The translations under genes were made by a program, and so were the position numbers. The notes beneath the pieces are model-generated. The model was not told where the DNA came from, did no database searches, and was given only the letters and a program-made list of their open reading frames with translations. Below, piece after piece: positions 35,908 through 44,597 of a stretch of 64,000 nucleotides of DNA (position 1 is the stretch's first letter; each line of letters starts with the position of its first letter). The stretch is from an uncultured Candidatus Saccharibacteria bacterium. Its GTDB lineage: Bacteria; Patescibacteriota; Minisyncoccia; Phycocordibacterales; UBA9973. The DNA lies in NCBI GenBank assembly GCA_964553015.1, contig CAZKJE010000001.1:6110-70109 (forward strand), written 5' to 3'.

Positions 35908-36519
35908 ATGAAGATGTTCCCTGTTGCGATTAAAATACTGCCGGTGATAGCGCTTTTTCTGCTGGCCTTTCCCTTTTTATCCGCAAACGCAGCAACCTAC
36001 CCTGCCTCCGAACGCGACAGTATTTATTTGTACTATGCTTTAGAAAACCAAGCCTCTATAGATGAAATGCTGGCAAGCAAAGACATCGCTCTTTTGCTGG
36101 AAGAAGACGAATCGCTCCGAGAATCTCTGCCGATTTGGATTAGAAGCAGTTACTTTGATAGAAAATCCGAATTGCTTGATCCTGCAGATTTTGAAATAGC
36201 CCTAAATGAACTGACTGAAAAACAAACTTTTGCCATGAAAGATGCGGAAGAAGCTATAAATAAAGTAAGCAAAAAAACAGAGCTTGGGACTATTCTCCTC
36301 GGCAATAATTTAGGCACGCTTGAGTTTCAGTTGGTGCAAATAAAAGGGTTGCAAGCTTTACTTAATTCATTAATTCCAAAAACTACGGACGTAACTATTA
36401 AAATGCAGATAAGAGATCAGATTTATATCCTAAAAGAAGAACAAAAAAAGATAGAGACTCTGCTCTACGAGAAAGAAAACGACTTCAGTTTATTTGGCTG
36501 GCTGGTAGCGGCTATTTAA
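35908..36519 (+). CDS. Hypothetical exported helical protein
   Basis: Signal peptide ending ANA; C-terminal FSLFGWL. Confidence 0.65.
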   Translation: MKMFPVAIKILPVIALFLLAFPFLSANAATYPASERDSIYLYYALENQASIDEMLASKDIALLLEEDESLRESLPIWIRSSYFDRKSELLDPADFEIALNELTEKQTFAMKDAEEAINKVSKKTELGTILLGNNLGTLEFQLVQIKGLQALLNSLIPKTTDVTIKMQIRDQIYILKEEQKKIETLLYEKENDFSLFGWLVAAI

Positions 36520-36752
36520 GCAAGTTCAAGAAGCTTAGCGATCTTTGGCTGGTCAAAACCCACAGTAAGCTCGCCTCCTATTATGATTACAGGCACGCCG
36601 AGCTGGCCGCTTTTTTCTACCATTTCTTTTCTTTTTTCTAAGTCAGAAGCTACGTTGTATTCTGTATAAGCTACATTGTTTGCCTTGAAATATTCTTTGG
36701 CCATATGGCAGAAATGGCAGGTCGGGGTGGAATAAATTGTTACGTCTTTCAT
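36516..36752 (-). CDS. Glutaredoxin/NrdH-like redoxin
   Basis: YSTPTCHFC, GQLGVPVI, VGFD. Confidence 0.92.
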   Translation of the reverse strand: MKDVTIYSTPTCHFCHMAKEYFKANNVAYTEYNVASDLEKRKEMVEKSGQLGVPVIIIGGELTVGFDQPKIAKLLELA

Positions 36753-36833
36753 AATTTTTTCTTTTTACCTGTTAATCTATTTATTATAGCATGCTTGTCA
36801 AGCATAAAAAATAAAGCTATATTTTATTTAATC

Positions 36834-36904
36834 GCGGGATTAGTTTAGTGGCAAAATGAGTCCTTCCCAAGGATTAGACGGGGTTTCGATTACCCCATCC
36901 CGCA
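36834..36904 (+). tRNA. tRNA-Gly (CCC)
   Basis: GCGGGAT...AGTCC-TTCCCAA-GGATT...GGGGT-TTCGATT-ACCCC ATCCCGCA. Confidence 0.93.
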
Positions 36905-36908
36905 CTTT

Positions 36909-37916
36909 TTATTTCACTACATTGACCGGCTCTCCTTTTAGAAATGCCTGTATGTTTACAATAGTGGTTTTTAATATTTCAGCCACTGCTTCGCGGGAGT
37001 AAAAAGCGATGTGCGGGGTAACGATCACCTGCGGCATATCTATTAGAACCTGATCTTCAACTATTATTTTATAATCTATTTTTTCTCTTTTATCGAAGCC
37101 AATAATTTCTTTTTGTATTTTTAAATCTCTTTCCCCTTCCAAAACATCCAGGCCGGCGCCGGCAATAATTCCCTCATTAATGCCCCAAATCAGAGCCTCG
37201 GTATCTATCAAAGCCCCGCGCGCGGTATTTATAAGATATGACCCCCTCTTCATTTTGGATATATTCTCTTTATTAATTAAGTGATAATTTTCTTTGGTAT
37301 AGGGAGTATGCAGAGTTATGATATCAGATTCTGCGATAACATCATCAAAACTTTTATATTCAAAATTGTTCTCTTCCGCAAAGGCCATGTCCGAATGAAG
37401 ATCATAGGCAACGACATTCATTTCAAAGCCTTTTGCAATTTTTATAACATTCTTGCCAATCCGGCCGACGCCTATAACTCCGATGGTCTTGCCCTGCAGA
37501 TCAAAACCCTGCAGAGAAGAATAAAAATTAAAATCCATTGAATCTCGCAGGTGATTATTAGCATTGATGATATTTCGTGAAAGATTCAAAATTAAAGAAA
37601 AAGTAAACTCTGCCACCGTATGGGGGCCATAAGCCGGCACGTTGGAAACCTTTATACCCTTTGTGGAACAATATTCTAAATCAATATGATCAAAACCGGT
37701 TGACCTAGTGGTAATAAATTTTAAATTAGGCAGCAAGGCAATGATATTTTTACTGACTATTGAATTGATAAAAACAGAAACAACTTCAGCGTCTTTTGCC
37801 TTACCGGCATTTTTTTCATCTAATTTTTCCTCAAAAAACAAAACATCCGGATTATTAAAAGCTTTTAAAAACATCGGCTGCTCTTCTTTCGGCACCTCAA
37901 AAAATGCGATTTTCAT
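36909..37916 (-). CDS. D-isomer 2-hydroxyacid dehydrogenase (D-lactate dehydrogenase-like)
   Basis: TRSTGFDHID, NVPAYG..TVAE, GVGRIG, INTARG, LDVLEGE, TPHIAFYS. Confidence 0.9.
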   Translation of the reverse strand: MKIAFFEVPKEEQPMFLKAFNNPDVLFFEEKLDEKNAGKAKDAEVVSVFINSIVSKNIIALLPNLKFITTRSTGFDHIDLEYCSTKGIKVSNVPAYGPHTVAEFTFSLILNLSRNIINANNHLRDSMDFNFYSSLQGFDLQGKTIGVIGVGRIGKNVIKIAKGFEMNVVAYDLHSDMAFAEENNFEYKSFDDVIAESDIITLHTPYTKENYHLINKENISKMKRGSYLINTARGALIDTEALIWGINEGIIAGAGLDVLEGERDLKIQKEIIGFDKREKIDYKIIVEDQVLIDMPQVIVTPHIAFYSREAVAEILKTTIVNIQAFLKGEPVNVVK

Positions 37917-37952
37917 AGGCTTATTGTAGCATATATACCTAAAAGAAAAAAA

Positions 37953-37975
37953 TGTTTAACACCGAGTGTTGAACA
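37953..37975. repeat. RAYT-associated palindrome, left copy
   Basis: TGTTTAACAC-CGA-GTGTTGAACA. Confidence 0.9.
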
Positions 37976-38005
37976 ATTTTTAATAAAGCTATATAATAGA
38001 AGCAA

Positions 38006-38671
38006 ATGAGAAACATAAAAATAGCGCCTGGTGAATATTACCACGTTTTCAATCGTGGAATGAGCAAGCAAACAATTTTCCATGATAATCGTGATCGAGT
38101 GCGATTTCTTTTTTTAATTTTATACTTTCAATCCCCTCTTATTCTGCAAAACATAGGCCGTTCTATAAAATCATTTGTTCAACACTCGGTGTTTAACATT
38201 GATCAAGAAATTATGCAGACAATAATCAAGGGTAGATTCGTAGAACTTACTTCTTTTTGCCTGATGCCGAATCATTTTCATTTAATTATAAAAGAGGTTG
38301 AAGAAAATGGTATAGCTAGATATATGCAAAGAGTCTTGAATAGTTATACTAAATATTATAATACAAAATACAAAAAATCAGGGCATCTTTTTCAGGGTCC
38401 ATATAAAGCCGTTCACGTAAAAAATAATAATCAACTTTTATATTTATCTTCATATGTTCACAGAAATCCGAGAGAACTAAAAGATTGGTTTAATAAAGAA
38501 GATAGTTATGAGTGGTCAAGCTATAGAGATTTTGTGAAAAATAACAGATTTAAAAAATTGCTTGTTTTTGATATTATACAGGAGCAATTTAAAAACAAAG
38601 AAGAATACGACCACTTCGTAAAAAGCAGCACAGCGAAATTATTAAAGGAGGAATTAGATTGGATAAGTTAA
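38006..38671 (+). CDS. HUH/Y1 tyrosine transposase (RAYT family)
   Basis: YYHVFNRG...IF, CLMPNHFHL (HUH), Y..YYN..Y..SGHLFQGPY, catalytic YVHRNP, Y.WSSY. Confidence 0.9.
   Translation: MRNIKIAPGEYYHVFNRGMSKQTIFHDNRDRVRFLFLILYFQSPLILQNIGRSIKSFVQHSVFNIDQEIMQTIIKGRFVELTSFCLMPNHFHLIIKEVEENGIARYMQRVLNSYTKYYNTKYKKSGHLFQGPYKAVHVKNNNQLLYLSSYVHRNPRELKDWFNKEDSYEWSSYRDFVKNNRFKKLLVFDIIQEQFKNKEEYDHFVKSSTAKLLKEELDWIS
38176..38198. repeat. RAYT-associated palindrome, inverted copy inside the transposase ORF
   Basis: TGTTCAACACTCGGTGTTTAACA; reverse complement matches the flanks at 22/23; encodes FVQHSVFN. Confidence 0.88.
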
Positions 38672-38673
38672 AT

Positions 38674-38696
38674 TGTTTAACACCGAGTGTTGAACA
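38674..38696. repeat. RAYT-associated palindrome, right copy
   Basis: TGTTTAACAC-CGA-GTGTTGAACA, 2 nt after the stop codon. Confidence 0.9.
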
Positions 38697-38698
38697 AT

Positions 38699-39076
38699 CT
38701 ATTTAAATAAGTTCGCAAAAAAAGAGAAGAATCCCGACAGCGGAGACTTTTTTGGGGCTTCAGCTGGTTTCTGGTCTTCTACCACTACTATCATCTGCTC
38801 TCCTTCTTTTGCCAAACCGTAATTTTCGCGGAAAAATGCTTCTTTGCCCTCTTCGGTGTTTAAGCTTTCTATATCCAGTTCCAGTTTTTCTTTTTTATCC
38901 CGAAGCGCAGTAACTTTATCTTCAACTATTTTTTTATTATTTCCTGTTTCTTCCATTTTATTCCAAAACTTAAGTACGCTCCACGCAAATATCAATATCA
39001 AAATACCAAGAATAATCAAAACCGGCTTAGACTCTGCTACTTTTCTCCAGTTTATTTTTCGCTCGTAATTTCTCAT
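38699..39076 (-). CDS. Septum formation initiator (FtsB/DivIC-like)
   Basis: Start re-called at MRNYE; TM, coiled coil, E...RENYGLAKEGE.MI.V. Confidence 0.8.
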   Translation of the reverse strand: MRNYERKINWRKVAESKPVLIILGILILIFAWSVLKFWNKMEETGNNKKIVEDKVTALRDKKEKLELDIESLNTEEGKEAFFRENYGLAKEGEQMIVVVEDQKPAEAPKKSPLSGFFSFFANLFK

Positions 39077-39097
39077 AAATATGCTATACTTCAGTAT

Positions 39098-39211
39098 ATG
39101 CTTTTCAATAAAAAACATCAAAAGAAGATACAGTTCGCCTGGGCGATAGTCAGCGTTTTGATCATCATAAGCATGATTTTGCTCTATTCGCCTATATTTA
39201 GGCTGCAATAA
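39098..39211 (+). CDS. 37-aa single-TM small protein (below the ORF-track cutoff)
   Basis: MLFNKKHQKKIQFAWAIVSVLIIISMILLYSPIFRLQ; TGCTATACT 7 nt before ATG. Confidence 0.6.
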   Translation: MLFNKKHQKKIQFAWAIVSVLIIISMILLYSPIFRLQ

Positions 39212-39255
39212 AAACGACTAGGCAAGAAATCGTTTGGCCTAGTCGTTTTTATTGC
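39205..39255. terminator. 19-bp perfect inverted repeat, probable bidirectional terminator
   Basis: GCAATAAAAACGACTAGGC-13nt-GCCTAGTCGTTTTTATTGC overlapping both convergent stop codons. Confidence 0.75.
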
Positions 39256-41089
39256 CAGTACGCATCATCTTTAGGAATACATCTTGAGGAATGTTTACTT
39301 TGCCTCGCTCCTTCATTTTCTTCTTGCCTTTTTTCTGCTTCTCGCGAAGTTTCATCTTGCGGGTGATGTCGCCTCCGTACATATGCTGGGTAACATCTTT
39401 TTTCATACCGGACAGCGAGCGCGAAGAAATGATGCGCCCGAACGCTTTGCCTTGGATTTTCATGGTAAACATCTGACGCGGCAATAAACCTGCAAGCTTG
39501 GATACCGCATCCTCGGCTTCCTCTTCGGCGCGCTTTTTGGAAACCACTCTGGAAAAAGCCGGAACTAGTTCATCAGCGACGAGTAGATCCAAACGGGTGA
39601 CATTGGCCTCCCGCATTTCACCTATTTCATATGAAATAGAACCATAGCCGGAGGAAACACTTTTTAATTCATCAAAGAAATTCCGCATCAGCTCGCGCAA
39701 GGGCATTTTTACAGATACAATGGCACGATTGCCTGCCTGCCGGCCAGACAGGTCTCCGAAATTGTCCGTCTCGCCTATTTCTCCCTCATGGTCAAATAAA
39801 AGCTGCATGATGTTTCCTACGTATTCTATCGGAGTAATTATTTTTAAATTTACCCAAGGCTCAAATACGGTATCTATGTTTCCGTCGTCTGGAAAAAAGT
39901 ATGGCGAATATATTTTTTCTTTTTTGCCACTTATTAAAAGCACTTCATAAGTTATAGACGGCGTGGTGATGACGAGTTCCAGATTGAATTCTCTTTTTAG
40001 CCTTTCAGTAATAATTTCCAAATGCAGCATGCCGAGGAATCCGCAGCGGAATCCTTTGCCGAGAGAGCCGGAGGCTTCTTCTTCATAAGAAAATGCGGAG
40101 TCTGATAATTTTAATTTGCCCAAAGCCAGTTTTAATTCCGCAAAATCGTCCGCATCTTCTGGAAACACAGAGGCCCAAACCACAGGCAGAGGCTGCATGT
40201 ATCCCGGAAATGCCGGCAGCGGATTTTTAAACATGGTGATAGTGTCTCCGACGGAAGCTATGCCGGGCTTTTTTATGCCGGTAACTATATAACCTGTCTC
40301 TCCGCTATTTAAAGAATCTCTCGGAGTTTCTTCCGGAGAAAACGTGCCGACCTCCAGCGCTGAAAATTTTTCACCGGAAACTGCAAAAAGCAGCGTGTCT
40401 CCTTTTGCTACTTTTCCATCAAGCACCCTCACAAACACTATCACTCCTCTATGATTTGAATACTTGAAATCAAAAACGAGCGCTCTTAAAATGTTTTCGC
40501 CGTGGTGTGTTTCTTGGGGTTCCGGTACACGCTTTATGACTTCCTGCAATAGGTTTTCCACCCCCTCTCCTGTGCGTCCAGAAACAAGCAGTATGTCTTC
40601 CGGAGAGCAGTTTAAAAGCTTTACCACCTCTTCTTTTACGTCTTCTACCCGAGATAGCGGCGAATCTATCTTGGAAAGCACGGGAATGATTTTAAAGGGC
40701 TCCTCGCCCCGCCCAAGGCGGGGCAAGCGCGCCAGAGCAAGCGTGGTAAGGGTTTGAGCCTGCACACCCTGCGTAGAGTCTATGAGCAATATAGAGCCTT
40801 CCACGGCCTTTAGGGCGCGAGAAACCTCATAGGAAAAATCTATGTGTCCAGGAGTGTCTATAAGGTTTAAAATATACTTTTCCTCATTCATTTCGTACTC
40901 CATCCGCACGGGCTGCATCTTGATGGTAATGCCTCTTTCTCGCTCCAAATCCATAGAATCTAGAACTTGATCTCGCATTTTACGCGTTTCTATGGTGTGG
41001 GTAATTTCAAGCATTCTGTCGGCCAAGGTGCTCTTGCCGTGATCAATGTGCGCAATTATTGAAAAATTTCTGATGTGTTTTAGGTCCAT
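39239..41089 (-). CDS. lepA: Translation elongation factor 4
   Basis: IRNFSIIAHIDHGKSTLADR, RERGITIK, DTPGH, GFRCGFLGMLH, YGGDITRK.KL..KQK.GKKKMK. Confidence 0.97.
   Translation of the reverse strand: MDLKHIRNFSIIAHIDHGKSTLADRMLEITHTIETRKMRDQVLDSMDLERERGITIKMQPVRMEYEMNEEKYILNLIDTPGHIDFSYEVSRALKAVEGSILLIDSTQGVQAQTLTTLALARLPRLGRGEEPFKIIPVLSKIDSPLSRVEDVKEEVVKLLNCSPEDILLVSGRTGEGVENLLQEVIKRVPEPQETHHGENILRALVFDFKYSNHRGVIVFVRVLDGKVAKGDTLLFAVSGEKFSALEVGTFSPEETPRDSLNSGETGYIVTGIKKPGIASVGDTITMFKNPLPAFPGYMQPLPVVWASVFPEDADDFAELKLALGKLKLSDSAFSYEEEASGSLGKGFRCGFLGMLHLEIITERLKREFNLELVITTPSITYEVLLISGKKEKIYSPYFFPDDGNIDTVFEPWVNLKIITPIEYVGNIMQLLFDHEGEIGETDNFGDLSGRQAGNRAIVSVKMPLRELMRNFFDELKSVSSGYGSISYEIGEMREANVTRLDLLVADELVPAFSRVVSKKRAEEEAEDAVSKLAGLLPRQMFTMKIQGKAFGRIISSRSLSGMKKDVTQHMYGGDITRKMKLREKQKKGKKKMKERGKVNIPQDVFLKMMRTGNKND
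39732..39752. repeat. Intragenic palindrome, family A, in lepA
   Basis: CCTGCCTGCCGGCCAGACAGG; encodes LSGRQAG. Confidence 0.72.
40706..40724. repeat. Intragenic palindrome, family B, in lepA
   Basis: GCCCCGCC-CAA-GGCGGGGC perfect 8-bp stem; encodes LPRLGRG. Confidence 0.72.
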
Positions 41090-41096
41090 AAAATTA

Positions 41097-42857
41097 TTAT
41101 TCTAAAAATCCTCCGGTTTGATGATTCCAGAGTTCGGCATAAAAACCTTTCTTTTCTAAAAGTTCCTTGTGGGTTCCTTCTTCTACTATTTTACCAGCAT
41201 CAAGTACTATAATCCTATCCATTTTTTGTATAGTGGATAGCCTATGCGCTATAACTATCGTAGTCTTGCCCTTCATCAGTTCGTTAAAGGCATCCTGAAT
41301 ATAGGATTCGCTGATACTGTCGAGCGAGCTTGTGGCTTCATCCAAGACTAATATTGGCGAATCTTTAAGCATTGCCCGCGCTATTGCCACGCGTTGCCGC
41401 TCCCCGCCGGAAAGTTTTACGCCCCGTTCGCCGACCAAAGTGTCATAGCTATGAGGCAATTTTGAAATAAATTCATGTGCGTGCGCTTTTTTGGCAACAT
41501 TAATAATTTCTTCCATTGACGCTTCAGGTTTTCCATAAGAAATATTTTCCTTAATGGAACGATGAAATAAAAGTGGTTCTTGAGGCACATAAGAAATAGC
41601 ACTTCGAAGATTGTCCTGGGTCACATTTATTATATCTTGCCCGTCTATGGTTATACTTCCATTTGTTACATCATTCAGCCTAAGGAGAAGGCGGGTGATT
41701 GTTGATTTTCCAGCCCCAGAGTGCCCCACAATTCCCACTCTTTCTCCCGGTTGAATATCTAGATTAAAACTCGACAAAACTTCATCACCCACTTGATACT
41801 TAAAACTGATTTTGTCAAAAACAATTTTTCCTTCTTTCATCTTAAGTTTTTCCGGATTTATGGGGTCAACAATATCCTGCTTCAATTCAAAGATATCTAT
41901 GAGCTCGTTCATGTCCCCGGCGGATTTCATAAAGCTAGTTAGCGCGTTACTGAGATCCCATAGTCTAATCAGGATCAGCACTACATATCCCTGTATAATC
42001 ACTAGAGTACCGGTAGAAATTTCGCCCTTAATCCAAAAATAAATTAACACATATAAGAGAACCGCCTGTATTATAAAACTAAAAATACTCTGTATTATTT
42101 CGATTTTCCCGGCATAGTAAAGCGAGTCCTGGCTCCGTTTTGCACCCTCGTCGGTATACAGCTTGAAAGAAGAAATCTCTTTTTCCCGTGCTGAGAAAAA
42201 TTTCACTGCGGAAATATTACTAAACACATCGGCCAGTCTTCCACTAATCACCGAATCTTGTGCAGCCTCCAAAAGGTCAAATTTTATTTTCTTTTTTATA
42301 AAAAATAAGATTATTACCATATATATAAAAGTCACTCCGAAAAGAACAGAAGTAATCTTTGGGGATTCTTGAATCATAACCACAAATACCCCTATTAAAA
42401 TTATAAAAATTTGAAGGAAATTAAAAATAGCTATATCTAGCATCCGCTCAAACCCATTTATAAAACGCCTTACTTTGGTTACTAGACTTCCTGCAAAAGT
42501 ATTAGCAAAAAATGTTTGAGAATTGTTTTCAATTTTCTGAAACGCGTAATTTCGCAAATTTCGCGTAGTATTAATTAGGAAATCAAAATATAAAAATTGC
42601 CGTGCTCGCGCTGTAATGCTAACCAAAAAATGAAATATTATGATAATAAAGACCAAGATAAAAAGCTCTCGAGAGGCTAGGACAGGGTCCACTGCGGGAG
42701 CTGAAATAATGTTTATTATGTATTTAAAATATATAGGAATGATAATGAAATCAATTACCACCCTGACTGTAAAGAGAAATATGACAGCCAAAAAGGCCCA
42801 TTTCTGATCTCGCATTTGCGGCCACAAATATTTAGCTATCTTTTTCAATAAAGACAT
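41097..42857 (-). CDS. ABC exporter, fused permease and ATPase
   Basis: TM domain plus GHSGAGKS, LSGGERQR, LVLDEATSSLD, IAHRLSTI. Confidence 0.93.
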   Translation of the reverse strand: MSLLKKIAKYLWPQMRDQKWAFLAVIFLFTVRVVIDFIIIPIYFKYIINIISAPAVDPVLASRELFILVFIIIIFHFLVSITARARQFLYFDFLINTTRNLRNYAFQKIENNSQTFFANTFAGSLVTKVRRFINGFERMLDIAIFNFLQIFIILIGVFVVMIQESPKITSVLFGVTFIYMVIILFFIKKKIKFDLLEAAQDSVISGRLADVFSNISAVKFFSAREKEISSFKLYTDEGAKRSQDSLYYAGKIEIIQSIFSFIIQAVLLYVLIYFWIKGEISTGTLVIIQGYVVLILIRLWDLSNALTSFMKSAGDMNELIDIFELKQDIVDPINPEKLKMKEGKIVFDKISFKYQVGDEVLSSFNLDIQPGERVGIVGHSGAGKSTITRLLLRLNDVTNGSITIDGQDIINVTQDNLRSAISYVPQEPLLFHRSIKENISYGKPEASMEEIINVAKKAHAHEFISKLPHSYDTLVGERGVKLSGGERQRVAIARAMLKDSPILVLDEATSSLDSISESYIQDAFNELMKGKTTIVIAHRLSTIQKMDRIIVLDAGKIVEEGTHKELLEKKGFYAELWNHQTGGFLE

Positions 42858-42906
42858 TCTTAAATGTTATCACAAAAAACCCTTATTTAAAAGCGTAGAA
42901 AAGATT

Positions 42907-44586
42907 TTAGAGCTCTTCGGCGGATGGGGCGATAATTTTTGCGCGCCAGAATTTGGTTTTTAGGGCTTTGATGAGATCGCTTAATTCTTGATTCTTAAGC
43001 AGGTACAAGACTACAAGAGCTGCCATGATTCCTATAATTCCAGAAATAAATCCTTGAAGAAATATGCCCCAGAATGTCGTCGTGCCGAAAACCGGAGAAA
43101 GAGCATTTAAGGATAAATAGGTTACCAGGCCCAGAAAAAAAGACCCGCCGAGACTCTGGAAAAATGTTTGAAATATAAAAGTCTCGTTCCGCATAAAATC
43201 TCTTCTGATAAAAATCCAATGCAGAATAAAATTGATAATAGTGCCGAGAGAGTATGCAAGAGGGAGCATCAAGATCTCGGTGCCGGGAATATCATTTACC
43301 TTCAGCAGGGATTCTATGAAATAGCGGAAGAAGAGAATATTTTTAAAAATATAAATAAATAGATAAGACAAAATAATAATAAGTATGGAACAAAGGAGAT
43401 TGATGATGAGAGGCCGCTTGGTGTCACCCGTAGCATAATATGCTCGTGAAAGCAGTGTAATCATTCCCTGGGCGAGAATGGATACGGAAAAAATAGCGAG
43501 ACACGCGGCTACAAGGCGGGTATTGTCCCAGGAGAAAGATCCGGAGCCGAGGATCACCCGCACTATCTGCGCCCGAAGCACGATGAAAAGAAATATTACC
43601 GGCAACGACCAGAACACGATTGCTCTCGCCGCTCCCTTTAGATGTTTTTTAAATTCATCTTTCTCTCCATTGCTGAAAGATTTTGCCAAAGTTGGAAATG
43701 CCGCGACAGCATATGATATGCCTATGATGTTAAGCGGGACTGACTGGAGATTGAATGAAAAATTAAACACGGAAATAGAACCGCTTTTAAAAAATGAAGC
43801 AAGGGAAATTATAAAAATGAGGGCAATATTATTAAAAGCAAGCCCGAGAGTCCGAGGCATCGAAGTCAAAGCCACATTCTTGATATCTTTGAAATTAATT
43901 GCAAAAGAAAACCTCGGAGTAAACCCGGAGCTGTGTGAGGCAAAGGCCTGGACAATGAAATGCATAAAAGCCCCCAATGCTACGCCCAGAGCCAGCCCGT
44001 AAATTCCAAAAATCGGATACAGAAATATCACGCCGATTATTATTCCGAAGTTATAAAAAATCGGGCTCAAAGAAAAAATAAAAAATTTGCGGAAAAGCTG
44101 GGTGACTGTCCCGAAAAGATTGGAAAGGCCCATCAGAATCGGCGAGAGCAGCATTATCCGGGAGAGCAGAACTACTTCGCTCTGAAATTCGCGGGTGAAG
44201 CCCGGCGCAATGTAAAAAATCAAATGGGGCATCAGGATAAATGCAAAGGAGGCGACCAGAACCATCAGGCTAAAAAAAACGGTGAAAATGTCGTTCAGGT
44301 ATTTCTTGGCCTCTGGCGTAATTTTATCTCCCGGCATTTTCGCCACCAGAAAAGGAATGATCACAGTGATGGAAGCAAGCGAGGCGACGCTGATGAAGAG
44401 AAGATCCGGCACGCGAAAAGCCGCATAGTAGGCATCCAGCGATGCGGATGGCCCGATAAAATGCGCAATAGAACGATCCCGAAAAAGCGCCAAAATCTGA
44501 GACAGCAAAGTAAGCGAACCTAAAAGGAGCGCCGCTTGGTTTATGCTGCCGGATTCTTTAGTAAAAATTCTTAGAATCTTCTCCAT
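42907..44586 (-). CDS. murJ: Lipid II flippase MurJ/MviN
   Basis: LSQILALFRDR, DAYYAAFRVPD, AFPTL, RAYYA.GDTK.P. Confidence 0.88.
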   Translation of the reverse strand: MEKILRIFTKESGSINQAALLLGSLTLLSQILALFRDRSIAHFIGPSASLDAYYAAFRVPDLLFISVASLASITVIIPFLVAKMPGDKITPEAKKYLNDIFTVFFSLMVLVASFAFILMPHLIFYIAPGFTREFQSEVVLLSRIMLLSPILMGLSNLFGTVTQLFRKFFIFSLSPIFYNFGIIIGVIFLYPIFGIYGLALGVALGAFMHFIVQAFASHSSGFTPRFSFAINFKDIKNVALTSMPRTLGLAFNNIALIFIISLASFFKSGSISVFNFSFNLQSVPLNIIGISYAVAAFPTLAKSFSNGEKDEFKKHLKGAARAIVFWSLPVIFLFIVLRAQIVRVILGSGSFSWDNTRLVAACLAIFSVSILAQGMITLLSRAYYATGDTKRPLIINLLCSILIIILSYLFIYIFKNILFFRYFIESLLKVNDIPGTEILMLPLAYSLGTIINFILHWIFIRRDFMRNETFIFQTFFQSLGGSFFLGLVTYLSLNALSPVFGTTTFWGIFLQGFISGIIGIMAALVVLYLLKNQELSDLIKALKTKFWRAKIIAPSAEEL

Positions 44587-44597
44587 CCTGTTCTCTT

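Larger units (their letters stand above)
37953..38696 (+). mobile_element. REP-associated tyrosine transposase (RAYT/IS200-like) module bracketed by identical 23-bp palindromes
   Basis: TGTTTAACACCGAGTGTTGAACA at 37953-37975 and 38674-38696 in the same orientation, flanking an HUH/Y1 transposase. Confidence 0.8.

Noticed and set aside
38176-38198. Same palindrome as an ordinary transcription-factor operator (TGTT-N-AACA type)
   Set aside because: Not excluded, but copies after a stop codon and deep inside two ORFs, bracketing an HUH transposase, fit a REP-like element better.
37953-38696. Repeated 23-bp palindrome as a CRISPR array
   Set aside because: Copies are hundreds of bp apart, in mixed orientation, with no regular spacers or cas genes.
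39077-39208. Upstream extension of the ftsB-like ORF
   Set aside because: It is the antisense shadow of a plausible small membrane-protein gene; MRNYE at 39076 fits family length.
43478-44523. Long antisense ORFs over murJ, and similar ones over gatB, copA and lysS
   Set aside because: Shadow frames of well-supported genes with no recognisable motifs.
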